Of a stretch of DNA of 64,000 bases, positions 50,151-62,879 are shown one piece after another. The DNA is taken from NCBI GenBank assembly GCA_051530055.1, contig CM121341.1, positions 15,354,784 through 15,418,783 of the forward strand, written 5' to 3'. This stretch comes from Neoechinorhynchus agilis (Eukaryota; Animalia; Acanthocephala). The position numbers and the translations under genes were made by a program. The notes under the pieces were generated by a model that was not told where the DNA came from, searched no databases, and worked only from the letters and a program-made list of their open reading frames with translations. Within the stretch, counting starts at the first letter, position 1. The number at the start of each line of letters is the position of its first letter.

Positions 50151-51093
50151 AATTTATATAAACAAAAAAGTTCAATCTAATTTAAACCGTAAAGTTTTGA
50201 ACAACGATTTTGTTCAAAGAGAAAATGTGAACTTTCTTTTGGTGCCATCGAAATAGGTTGTTCAGTTCAACCGTTGGAAGAGAATAAAGCCAGCATCAGT
50301 CTAAAAATTGCCATTGAAAAGGTCGTGATGCCTTTCCGGCAGGGTTTTTAGTGGATAATGAATCCAGGGACGGGAGTTGCCCGATAAGAATCAGTCCATA
50401 GGATAACGCTATAATGTTTGCGTTTTAGATGGAGAAATGTCGGAATTATCGACATGAAATATCGGAAAATATTAATGAATTTGGAATACAGGTGGCGCAA
50501 GTTTAATTCTTGCGCTATGCAAAGCAAAAGAAAACTCGGAAATCGCGTCGACTTGCAGCTCAGAAGCTTACGTTCTTACTTGTGGGAACAGCTCGAATGT
50601 TTGATTTTTGTGCTTGCATGATAAGAGTTTTCGCAGATTTTATTTCCGGTTCGAGAACAAGTGTTCATTCAGGTTAAACAATAGCCCATTTTTGGATTAT
50701 GAAGCGCATTTTGCATTATCTTGGCGATCGATTTTGCAGAATGCAATCTTGAGGAAATCGTTGAATATGTGGTCAAATCACCGGTTAATCTGAACGAGCC
50801 GTTTCTTAGGACCAAAACGATCGTCCGATCAACCCCAGAATCGACTGTATTTAAAGACTAAAATTGTTCAATGCAGACAAATCCGGTGCATATCGGACCA
50901 ATCCTTTACTAAAACCATAACGATCGCGCCCCGATGTTGTTCGATTGAACCCACAGTGGACTGTATTCCATATGGTTTCGCTGAAGCGATAATCGTTTAC
51001 TGTAGACGTATTTTTTCTAGAAAAATTAGATCTATTTACGAATTCAAAACTATTGCGATTTATTAAGCCCTGATAATTTTCGCATTTCAGACG

Positions 51094-54000
51094 ATGATGA
51101 TGGACATCGAGGACATTGTACCTTCCGACCATTCTCACCGAATACCGCCGATTGTTTTTTCCAACAAATTACATTCATCGAGCTGTTCAATTGAAGCTGA
51201 TGACGTTCAATCACTGCTCATAGAAGAAAACATTAAAATCTACGTTCGAACATGGGGATGCAGCCATAATTCATCGGATACTGAAATGATGATGGGCTTG
51301 CTAAACCAGGCCGGATTTAGACTCACACAATCGAACCCGTCTGATGCCAAAGTCTGGTTATTGAACAGTTGTACTGCAAAGACTCCATCGGAGGATCAGT
51401 TTAGGAATTTGGTAAATCGAGGTCTTCGATCAAATAAAATAATAATAGCTGCTGGTTGTGTTCCCGAAGCAGATTCTCAGATGGACGAGAGAGTCAGTGT
51501 GATTGGTGTCGAATATCTGGATAAAGTGGTCGATGTTGTTCGACTTGCATTAGCTGGAAATCGGGTTATGTCGTCTGGCTTGATGATGGAAAAATCTTCA
51601 ATGAAATATGCGATTAGTTTGCCTAAGGTCCGACGAAATAGATTCATTGAAATTTTACCCATAAGTCAAGGTTGTCTTAATAATTGTACTTATTGTAAAA
51701 CAAAGCTAGCTAGAGGACATTTAAGAAGTTATCCTTTAAATGCGTTGGTTCAGCGATGTGTTCAAGCTTTCGAAGACGGAGTTATGGAAATATGGTTGAC
51801 TTCAGAAGATCTTGGAGCCTACGGACTAGATTATGGATCGAATATTGTTGAACTTGTCCACAGTATTTTGCAAGTAACTCCGTCTGATGTCATGATACGG
51901 CTTGGAATGACTAATCCTCCTTATATATTAGACAAACTAAACGATATTGTAGAAATTCTTAAACATCCTTCCGTCTATTCGTTTTTGCACATTCCAGTTC
52001 AATCAGGATCCGATGCCGTTCTAAAGAGTGGTGAACTCTTTGTCCAGAACACCACAAAAACGTTTTCCTAATTAATCTTATAAGTTTTACTGAATTAAAA
52101 TAATCAACACGAATTATTATAGGTGGAAATTATGGTTTCGAGATTTCCACAATCTTCTTCTCACTCAAGCATTTTTCTCTCTTTCGAGAGGTTGCGGTCC
52201 CCTCCACAACCAATTATATCAATTTAAATTAATAAGAGACTTCGAGGATGAATTTTAGAATTCGCTTTTGTATTTTAACATTCAATTGGATGAGTACATT
52301 TTTGCAGTGAAATTACTGGTACTGAATAACAAATCTTTTTAATTACGCGAGTATTAATGTCCGAATGAAGATAGATATTTGAATCCAAATATCATAAACA
52401 CGACTATTTTCCCTGTCTAAAAGGCATTTTATTATTGGAGAACACTTAAAGTTTGCATTTTTAAAACCCTGTTCTGGAGTTGCTTCCCGATCCAATTATT
52501 CGAAATTCGATCCTATAATGCTGCCGGTTATTCAAAAATCATATTAAAGATTTCGTACTTTATTACGTACGAAATTAGACTATACAACAAAATGGAAGAA
52601 AAATACCGAGTTTGTGTCTTTTCTTGAAATTAATTTTAACGTTTGGGGTCCCAGATTAGTACAAATTATTGTTGTAAAGAAGTTGTTCATATACATATGT
52701 ATTTTTTGGTGATGAGAAAAATAGAGATTGATTTATTATTCTCAATATTTCGTTCGTCTCGTCGGACTTCAGTTTGTTTAATTGTTTTATTCACCAACCT
52801 GAAGAATTCCGACAAGACGTACCAAATATTGAGAATTAATAATTCAATCTCTATTTTTGTCATCACCAAAAATTACATATAAATTATTGTGTCCGAATGT
52901 CAAAAATTCGCTACGAATTCTTCAATCTATAATCTTAATTATCATAAAAACACTTTTTGAACATTGTCTAATCAGAGTACCCATTCGATAAGTGATATGA
53001 AACGCGAATATAATACATCGGAATTTAAGCATATCGTGGATACTGTTCGATATTATCTTCCAAATGCCTACATCGCAACGGATATCATCTGTGGATATCC
53101 TAGTGAGACTGATGAAGATTTCGAATTGACTGTTAAACTCATTGACCTGTATAAGTTTCCTTCACTGTTCATTAATCAGTATTATAGTCGACCTGGAACC
53201 GCTGCTGCAAATATGAAGCAATTACCATCAAAAATAAAGAAACAAAGAACGAAGATCGCAAGTGAACATTTTAAATCACAGGTCGCGAAATTGGGTTTTT
53301 TTGGTTTGAAAATTCGTTAAAATATGTGGGTTTTGTTATCTCTTTTTTTTCTAGTCACCAAAGAAAACACAAATATGTAGGTTTGCGGGCCATTTTTGTT
53401 GGTTGGTTTGTAGGTACGACTGAAATACTCTTAAGACTTAAATGAAATCTAGAGGTTCTCTACATGATTAATCGATAAGCGGTACTGGTAATAACGTCAC
53501 ACAGAGTCATTTCTACGGTTTTTGTGATGAAGAAATTTTATGTTTCTATAAATTGCTTTTAGTCGAACAGTAGAAAAAATGTGCTAAGGATTGATCCTTA
53601 CAATCATTATGAAAATTCTTAAGTCTAAAAAATTGCTAAAAAATAAGTTGAGGAATAAAATCATTGAATCAAAAATATTCTCCATTGACGTAAATTCCCA
53701 TTTTTTATATCCTACATAAGTAGTGTACTACATTTGCGGTTTCGTGACCTCTGCTAAAAAACTTGGAATTACTATGCAAATCGAGAAGGAATTGAGTACG
53801 ATGTTCTATTCACTGAAGAGAATAATGAGTATTTTATTGGCCATAACAAGTCTTACGAACAAATACTCGTCCCTAAAACACAAAATATCCATTTAGGATC
53901 ATGGGCTAGAGTCAGGGTTGTGAAAACACTGCGGTTCGCAATGGTGGCAAACATCGTCAATTATAAAGGCAAGGATAAAAGTACCAGTAAAAAGAAACTT

Positions 54001-54096
54001 TTAAAGTCACCACCATCTACAATACTATCATTGGCAATTTTAGCTGGTCTGTTTGTGGGTGTTGGAAGTTTACTTGTAAGAATTAATAAAAGATAA
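51094..54096 (+). CDS. CDKAL1: CDKAL1-type tRNA (ms2t6A) methylthiotransferase, 3 exons
   Basis: RTWGCSHN, LLNSC, radical-SAM GCLNNCTYC, GMTNPPY, HIPVQSGSD, MKREY, ATDIICGYP, FINQYYSRPGT, TRAM-like GHNKSYEQILVP and a C-terminal hydrophobic tail. Both introns are atypical. Confidence 0.92.
52690..52880. repeat. Fold-back inside CDKAL1 intron 1
   Basis: Arms about 52690-52750 and 52825-52880 are imperfect reverse complements. Confidence 0.7.
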
Positions 54097-54729
54097 ATCA
54101 AATGGGATGTCATAAGAAGTGAAAAAGAGGCAATTTCGAAGAAATTATCACTGACAAAACGCACGAAAATAGAAACTACGTGTAAGGGCCACAATGGCGA
54201 TTTAAATGTGAATTCACACTTATTATCAATGCGCAGCTTAAAGCAGCATAAGAAGTGAGTTTTGATTTTCATGAGGTAATCCCAAAACATTCTTAAAGTA
54301 AACACTTCTAAAGTGAGAATATTGGTACGAGAATCAAAGCCAAAATCGACTATACAAGGAAGCCTGTATTTCACTCTCATTGGTTCCCAATAAACCGACG
54401 ATCTTACCAATCGTTAGCCGTCGATTGGTTTTCCGTGAGCTGTCTTTTTGAATGAAATAAAATGATCACCTTATTTGTCTTAAATAAGTGATATTCGACG
54501 GTTCATTCCCATTGCAACGGATTTACCCGAGTGATCTTTAATCGAAAATAGAATGGCTCGGTCTGGAAAAATTAAGCTTATAAACAATACGTTTTGAGAG
54601 GCGCCACTTTTAAATTTTTCTCGTGACCATCGAATTATGTTTTACCTTACGTGAGAAATATAATCGAAAGGAAATGACTGGGCTTTGTTAGCCCCTGACG
54701 AAAACAGTTCTTCGGGTCCATCGACTTAG

Positions 54730-55150
54730 TAATTCACGCTGCGGCGGTTCTGGTGCGCCAAAAATCAACCACGGCATCACCAGTACAAAATGAAATTTCA
54801 TTTGTAAGGAATACTATGAGAGCATTCTGCCAAGGGAAGCTCGGAAAACGATCCCAACAGGCGCTACTAATGTATTCTTCTGGTGATGTTTCTAAGCGAT
54901 CTTTGACAACAAAAAATAAAATAACGAATGTTCTTTCGACAAAAATTTTACTCAAGGCCTATCGACACAATGCGAGTTATGCAAAGGGCTTGTACAGAAA
55001 GCCGACCATCGCCGAGACTCAAATCAGTCGCTTGCTAAGCGCGTTTCTTCGAAACTCGCAAAAGGAGATGGGCAGTCTCGCTAAAGATGACGAAGAAACT
55101 TTACGAACTCTTCGTTCCAAACATCTCAGTGACGGCGCTAGGCAGTATTT
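54730..55150 (+). mobile_element. Degenerate CRE-like fragment upstream of the RT domain
   Basis: GSLAKDDEETLRTLRSKH resembles the conserved pre-RT motif of CRE-clade ORFs. Confidence 0.5.
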
Positions 55151-55207
55151 CGAGGAATCATCATCCTTCGATACGATATCATATTTTTATCATCGAAATC
55201 AGAATTG

Positions 55208-57290
55208 AAGATGGTATGGGATAAACGTGATCATAATACCCACACCTTTGCTGTATGTACCAATTCTCTTATCACGCAAAAACGCTCAACCATCTTTGGC
55301 AACGACCCCTCGATTGCAATGGCTCTTTGTCAAATCTAATAGAATCTGCGATGAAGGTCTCCTTTCCTCGCAAAACAATACGAATATCGAACCGCGACCC
55401 TCCATGGTTCTCGCCTTTTCTAAAAACCCTTCAAATACAGGTCATCAAAGATTTCCGATCAGGCAATCCCGCTTACCCCTCCCTCCACTCCACACTGACA
55501 AAACGCACTCGAATAGCCCGCAGTATTCCTCTCATCTCGTCCGTTCCCAATCGAAACTGGTGGCGTGAAATAAAAAATGTCACTGGTCTTGGTAGATCCA
55601 CCCCTTCGCATCTCTCCCCAAATCTGATCTCCTCTCAATCCTCAACACCATGAATAAAAACCTCTGTCCTCCCCAAACCTCCTCTCCATTGTCCCAACCT
55701 CCCTTCTCACTTTCGGACCCGCCCATTCATACATGCCCTTCCTTAGTTTCACCTCCCGAAATCTTAGAGATCATTTAAACGCCTACCCCGCCATTCTTCC
55801 CCTACGTCGACTATCCCAAATTGGGCCATTCGTTTCATCATCTCGGAACTTATCGATCCTCTAACGCACGTAGCGAACCTTAGCGTTCTATTGGGCTCTT
55901 TCCCCTCGTGTCTTAAGGAAGCCCGTGTCGTCCCCTACCCAAAAAACAATAAACCGATTTCCCCCACATCCTTTCGTCCCATCTCTATCCTCTCACCTTT
56001 CTCTAAAATCTTAGAAAAATGTTTTAAAACCCGCCTACTTTCCTTCTTCCTCAAAAACATCTCCCCTTCCCAATTCGCTTTCCGTCCCAATTACTCTTGT
56101 TCTGATGCCCTCCTCTGCATCTCCGATACGCTTGTGCGCAGCTTAGATTCCAATCCAGAATCAATCGTCCGTCTCGTGCAACTGGATATTTCCAGGGCGT
56201 TTGAGTCGGTAGACCACACCCTTCTCCTCCAAGCATGTGCTTCCTTTGGCCTCCCAACTTGGCAACTCGCTTGGATTTCCTCTTTCCTCTCCAACCGCAA
56301 ACAACATATCCAATGTGGAACTTCTTGCTCCTCTTCTCTACCCATATTTAAAGGGGTCCCTCAAGGCGCCGTACTTTCCCCTCTTCTCTTTGACATTTTT
56401 CTAAATGACCTTCATCCCCTCACTCCCCCTACCAAACATTTTCTCTATGCCGATGACCTCACAGTCATTACCATCGCATCTCCCTCTCTCTCCCTCTCCA
56501 CAAACATGGACGAGCTCAACCATCTCATTCCCTCGCTCTCCACCCTAAACCTCTCCCTAGATTTATCCAAATCTTTTTAGCTTGTCCCCCACATTTCCAA
56601 ACGCAACCTTATCCCCGCTCCTCTCCCTCTCCCCATCCAACGCTCCTCTTCTCTCCGAATACTGGGCGTGATTTTACAAGAAAACCTTAAATGGGATGCC
56701 CACATTTCATTTACACTCTCTAAAACAAACCCGCGTCTTTACCTCCTCAAACTCCTTCGGCGTCTCGGCGTATCCCCTGAACACCTTGCCCACTTTTATC
56801 TTTCTGCCATCCTCCCTATCCTTACATACGCTTTCCCCACTTTCTTCGCCCTTTCCGCCAATGCTCTCCATTCCCTAGAAACCTTCCACAAGAGAGCAGC
56901 GAGAATATGCGGGACTTCACTCCCTCCCCTCGACGCCCACCTCCACTCCATTTCCCCGAAAACGCCCTCCGTTTTCTTCAACCCCCTCCACAATTTTCTT
57001 CCCTCGTCTCTAAATACTCGTCCCTAGTTAACACCCAGAACCCCAACCTTTTCATCCCCCCCCCTCGCTCGTACCACCCTCTACCAAAACTCTTTCTTCC
57101 CTCGAGCCCAATCTTTCCTTAATAACCGGAGAACAAGGAAAGACTCCTAATCTGTGATTCTTCTGTATAACTCCAAAGACAAATCCCACCTCCCTGCCTC
57201 AACATCCGACATCCAGACAACTTCAGCAAAGATAGATGCTGGCAAGTGTATGGATCGTTTTTTTAAATCAATAAAACGTGTTTATAATCT
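55208..57290 (+). mobile_element. 5'-truncated LINE family A copy
   Basis: FRPISIL, QLDISRAF, GVPQG and YADD motifs; colinear with the reverse complement of 15640-17710. Confidence 0.92.
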
Positions 57291-57399
57291 CCTGATCTTC
57301 CAGTGGATTTACACTTGAAGGACATGACTTCCTTTTTCAGTAGATGACGATGCTCAGTCCGTTCGAGATGCATTGGCGTGCTTGGTTGACAAATTTGTA

Positions 57400-59560
57400 G
57401 GGGGATAGTTGATTCCAAAAGCACTTGATCTATGGCGATCCAAGGGCAGGAGCATTTCTAACCGTTACATCAGGAGAGCAGCTGAGTGATCCAGAGCGGT
57501 GGAACTAATGTTTGTAAATACTTTTTGTCAGTGTAGATCGGATTTGTCTAATGTTTTGTAGGAGAAATGCTCCTGTCCGTGGATCGCCAATGATTTGCCT
57601 CAGTCTCTTGGACAATTGCTTGACTAGGTCCTGCGCCGCGGTACCAAACAAACCTAGTGTCTCGACGCTAAAGGGAAAAAAATAATGATTTCGACCCAGG
57701 TCCTTGTATTTTGTCTTTTTGTGGTCCTCAGCGGCGGTTGCTGCTCCCCTGGTTTAATAGTGGCGAATTTTATGTTGTGGGCAACGTGGCGCCCCAGAGA
57801 AGGCACTTTCCTTCTCGCCACGAGAATACTGTGACACCGTCCGGTCTGCGGCCATCGAGTCGGCGAAGATTGCTCGGCTCTAGGATGTTGGGCGCATTCA
57901 CAATATTCAGGGCGCGACTTATAATTGCGTTCATTTCGGCGTGTCGTGAGTACCATCCGCCTGATCGCCGACAGACAAGACCATGGTGTCCCGACGGTTC
58001 CACGGTCGCTCCGCAACGGCAGCGATGGGATGTACACATCGGTACCCTAAGTCTCAGGGACACTGCAATTCTTACTGTTTTGTCGGAGAGAAAGGTACCC
58101 ACAGAAGCAATTGGGATAGGTGCCAAGATCCCGATTCTCTTATAGAGACTGCCGCCAATCGAGTTAAATTCACCAGGTCACGAGAATCTGAAATTAAAGG
58201 GTTATGAAATCTCGCTATCAGGAATGGGTCCCAAACTGATCGTTTGCAACCATTGACGGGGACCTGCTCGCTGCCTGAATCTCTACACCAAAGATTAAGC
58301 GCCTCCACGAAATCTTCATTCAAAGTGTAATTGTCGCCAAGAACGGATTGAACTATTTTGCGGCTTGCTCCATACGATTCCAGATAAGCTGGCAGAGAAA
58401 TATCGGTTGCTTTTCGGATACTCAAACCGCCGGACGACAAAGGCAAGGACGCATGACACCAGGTCTCGTCCAACTGCTAAGTATTTAAATTGCCAGCTTA
58501 TCCTTATGTCTAAAAAGGTGCTGTACGCAGCTTATACAGCAATTTTGGAATGAAGAGGATGTTCTTGATCAGGAACAGAGCGTCGTGTGAAGATAATTCA
58601 TTAATTCGTCCGCACAGCACCGAAAGTTGCGGTTGAAGATTGGCAATCTCTGCTTCAACATTAGAACCAAAAATGCAGCTTCCTAGAAGACTCAACCGGT
58701 CTAGAGTAATCAATCATATTCAGGGGGGTAGGTTCTGAAAATCTTTCACGATAGTTTGCCTGGACGCCTCATCTTCCACGTTCATTGCATGAAGATTTCG
58801 TGGCGACTCTTAATCTTTGGTGTGAAGATTCCGGTAGCGAACAGGTACCCGTCAATGGTTGCAAACAATCAGTTTGGAACCCATTCCTGATAGCGAAAAT
58901 TCATAACTCTTTAATTTCAGATTCTCGTGACATGGTGAACCGAACTCGATTAGCGATAGTCTCGAATAGAGAATCGGGTGCTTGGCTCAACTCTCAACCA
59001 ATCGCTTCTGTGCGTACACTTATCTCCGACGAGACTGTAAGGATCGCAACCGATGTATACATCCCTTCGCTGCCGTCAAGGTGCGACCATGGAACCATCG
59101 GGACGCCATGGTCTCGTTTGTCAGCAATCGAGCTAAAGGTACTCTCGACATGCCGAAATGAACACAATTCTGAGTTTTGCCCTGAATACTGCGAATGCGC
59201 TCAACATTTCAGAGCCTAGGAATGGGAAGGTGTTACAGTATTCCTGTGCGAGAAGGCTGTTTTTCACGTGTTTGTACACGCTCGCAGACAGTAACATAAA
59301 AATCACCATGATTAAACAGGGGGGAGCGGCAACCGCCGCTGGGGACCGCAGTCGTTTGGTACTGGGGCCCAGGACCTGGTCAAGCAATTGTCTAAGAGAT
59401 TGAGACGAATCATTAACGACCCTAGTGCAGGAGCATTGCTCCTACAAAATACAAGTCTGAATGTGCAAGGTGGAACGCTACATCGATCCTTTGGACCATT
59501 ACACCAGGATGGCAGCTAAGTGATTCAGAGCGGTGGCGTGAATGCTTTAAAAGTTGATGT
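57400..59560. mobile_element. CRE-like element pair in inverted arrangement
   Basis: Minus copy about 57540-58780 (HGLVCRRSGG, RPDG, ETWCHASLP..GGL) and plus copy about 58785-59560 overlapping the same region; an extra short inverted 3' end lies at about 57400-57500. Confidence 0.85.
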
Positions 59561-59689
59561 TGTAAAATAATAAAATTTGATGATTAAAAAAGAATAATGC
59601 AAAAGCAATATATAGAAAAAGAAAGGCTCGTCACTTTTAACTAACAGCATCATCAATCGTCAATAATATATGGTTGATCATGTAACTTG

Positions 59690-62144
59690 CATTTGTGGAA
59701 GGTCTGGGCAATACGAGTCAAAATATTCGTATACGTTCTCATTGCTTTGACCGAAATATTCTTTTAATTCCATTAAAAGTACTTCATAACTTTCTTGAAT
59801 AAACCCTGCATGATTGTCTCTACCAGTTATAATTGCTACATAAATGAGTTCAGTCAAAGGTGGATAACCATTTATCTGTTTAATAATGAACGGCGACGTT
59901 TGGTCCCGTACGTACTCAACAACATTTAAGAACCCTCTTCAATGAATATTCTCATTAGGATCCGCGTTGTACAAGAAAAAGTAATGAGAATACTTCGTTT
60001 TTTATGATAAACGTAATTCTCAACAATAATCAAATCCCAGATAAAAGGTAATCGAGATCTGATGTCAACTCGTTTAGTTCGATGCAATCGAAGCTTCCGC
60101 CCACATCTGTCTTTACCATTGATCGCGCAGGCATAGAGGACCTAGAGTTATATGTTTCTACTTTGAAAGATAAATTAAGTTCTGACCTGTACGTTGAACC
60201 GCCATTTCGCGATCGATGGTGTACATTTAAACTTTGATCAAAAAGATGTTCCTTCAGGACACTGAATGTGATCGGCAACTTTGAAGGCTGTTTTGTTACC
60301 TCCTCAGATACTTCCACTATCGGAACCATGGTAAGAACGCTAGGCAAAATGCACATCAGGCAACTAAATTGAATTAAACTCATTTAGTTTACAATACGAA
60401 AATCATCCGAGAAGTTCAAACTCGTTTCGCTTGGTAAAAGACTTGAAGTTGACGAGAAAATATATTACTCATTTTTGGTGAGAATGCTGAATAATCCAAG
60501 AGTTACAGTTTACGTCTCGCTCCATTTTTGGTGAGAATGCTGAATAATCCAAGAGTTACAGTTTACGTCTCGCTCTACTTTTGATGAAGATTGAACGTGA
60601 CCAGAGCTTCCGTTTCCAATCGATATAACACAATTGATTTTCGATTTAGATTCACAAAGAGCTAGCAGTCGGATTATTCCGCCCATAAATATTTTTCCTT
60701 TTGAAAGGAACGGTTTTTCAATCGTCAGATTTTCCATTCCCAACAAAACCTGCGATCATTTAAAATATCCGGGAGCCGCGGTTGAAGCTCGAATGGCCTC
60801 CCAAAGTTTAAACCTACAAGATCCGTTCAATCGTATGTCATCATTAGTGATCAAAGAAAATCCATCATGATTCCTAAAAATAAACGGCACGTATTTTCGT
60901 TCACTGTCCATCGCATAATGCAAAAAAGAAAACGTATTGGTTTAACGATGAAAAATACTTACATGGGGACCTTTGTTCAATTCTGTGTTCAAAAGTTCTC
61001 TCTCTTCTGCAACAATGCTTTTAAGGGCATTCTCAAAAGCGGTTGTGTCATAATACGACTGATCAGTCAAAAGACCGGCTAATAATCCATAATGTATTTC
61101 TTTGGGTATCCACTCACTTTGAGATTGTTATAAATCCAATCTAGTTCACAATTAAGGCGTACTGTATCCGAACGATATCGAAATGCCCTGATGAACATCG
61201 ATCGGACTCCTGCCAATTTGTGTTTGATCGGCTGAGCAGATATCCACGGAACAACCATGTGCGGAACCCCTTGCTTCCTGTAGACCAATGTCATAAAACC
61301 ATTATTAGAACCTTTTGTTACTTGTACATCCAGAAATGGTGAGGAAAATAAGTCTCTACCATTTCTGGATGTACAAGTAATAGAATTAAGACGTTCTCAA
61401 ATTTGATTCTATTGTAATTTTAGAGTGACTGAAGAAGGCCAACGAAAAGGCCGAAAATTTTCATATAATAAATTTAATTGATACAATCTTCGCTATTGAA
61501 ACAAAAATAAGATTTGCCTAATTGGCAATATAATCGATCCAGTATATTAAATAAAGGACACGAATTTTTATGCTTTAATTATTAAATAACACAAAAATTC
61601 ATGTCTAAATCCGTTGAAAAATAATCTGAACTTAATTTTTCGCGTCCCAAAATCAAAGCAGCGCTGATTGCTGAGCCCGTGCTAGTTCCGCAGATTAAAT
61701 CAAAATTTGTTGCAAGATCATCCGTTTTAAGTGCGTCTTTTATGTGCTTTAGAACGCGAATACTCACAAACCCTCTGAAATTGCAACGGCAAATATTTAA
61801 AGGCAATTAAAAAATATATACATACTTCATTCCCCCACCATCAAGACTGAGAATATTGACTCCTTTTTTCGTTCATTGCGTAAATCTCGTTTTAATAATT
61901 TTTGACACCTCTGAAGTAAATCTTGATCGTTGACATCGCCTCTTATTATTCTATTGATTTTCCTCTCGGCAAGTACAGATTTTCTCAATGCGTATTCATT
62001 AAACAGCAATTCTTCGATTTTCCGTAATCTTTCTTCACTTGAAATTTGTGATAAATTTAGAACAATGTCTAGTTCATTCATGACTTTTTCGAGTGAAAGT
62101 CCGTTTACAAGTTCATCCGGGGGTTCTATTTTCGACAGTAACAC
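59690..62144 (-). pseudogene. Decayed patatin-like phospholipase (iPLA2-gamma/PNPLA8-like)
   Basis: ILSLDGGG, FDLICGTSTG, WEAIRASTAAPGYF and CVISIGNG motifs, but with in-frame stops, frameshifts around the DGG/NNP motif, an approximately 55-bp tandem duplication at about 60467-60575 and a Penelope fragment at about 61079-61380. Confidence 0.8.
61079..61380 (-). mobile_element. Penelope-like RT C-terminal fragment with a short fold-back
   Basis: LVYRK...KHKLAGVRSMFIRAF...GYPK; TTGTACATCCAGAAATGGT and ACCATTTCTGGATGTACAA form inverted arms. Confidence 0.7.
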
Positions 62145-62879
62145 ATTTCCAGCCCAAATAAAATCAGCCGAATGAATGGTCGAACATTGATCATTGTTTT
62201 GGGGTCACTTCGTGGTCAAAAGAATTTCGCCGTTTTTATAAAATTCTTCAGAAACATAGACACGAAACGTTGTAAAGAAATAAACAAAAACGACAGTTTA
62301 CTGCTATTGCAAGTTCGTAAATGCAGCGATAAGCTATTTTTCTCTTAGGATGATTTTCGATTAAAAATATAATCATATTTCGCGTAAAAATTTTAGCTTA
62401 AGATATATGTAATTTTTGGCCGCTAAGATTTCTGATTTGCGCAAAAATAGTACATTTTAATATGCGACAGGCTACGACATATATAAAAGCAAATTTCGTT
62501 TTTCTCCGTGTATACGAGGGTTGCTTTTATAAACGGCAAAAGAAAATTAACTAAATTCCGATTTTTTGTTTTTTGTATAAAACAAAAACTTACGAGCTAA
62601 AATGTATTTTTAGTACGCGTAAAAAATCTTTCGACAAAAGCACACCTCATTAAAGTTAATTATTTCCAAAAGCCATAGAAAAGCGAGACTTACTCGTTTA
62701 AATAGTAAAGACTAGAAGATCGTTGATCTTCGATTCACAATTACCTGTTCATAGAGCTCACAGTTATTCAAAGCTAGCTATTTGAAAGATGGATAATCAT
62801 GCGCTTTAGATCCAGATTGAAGACAGGACCACCCGCTATAAAGTCGCATAAAATCTGACATATTTCTAAGAGCACTCAG

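Noticed and set aside
61480-61635. Fifth non-canonical intron in the patatin gene (GT and AG one base out of phase)
   Set aside because: There is no terminal inverted repeat, the pyrimidine-rich acceptor is normal and a stop follows a few codons later. A 1-nt pseudogene indel explains it.
62505-62540. Mariner-like TIR TACGAGGGTTG
   Set aside because: No partner TIR or transposase was found nearby, so it cannot be called an element.
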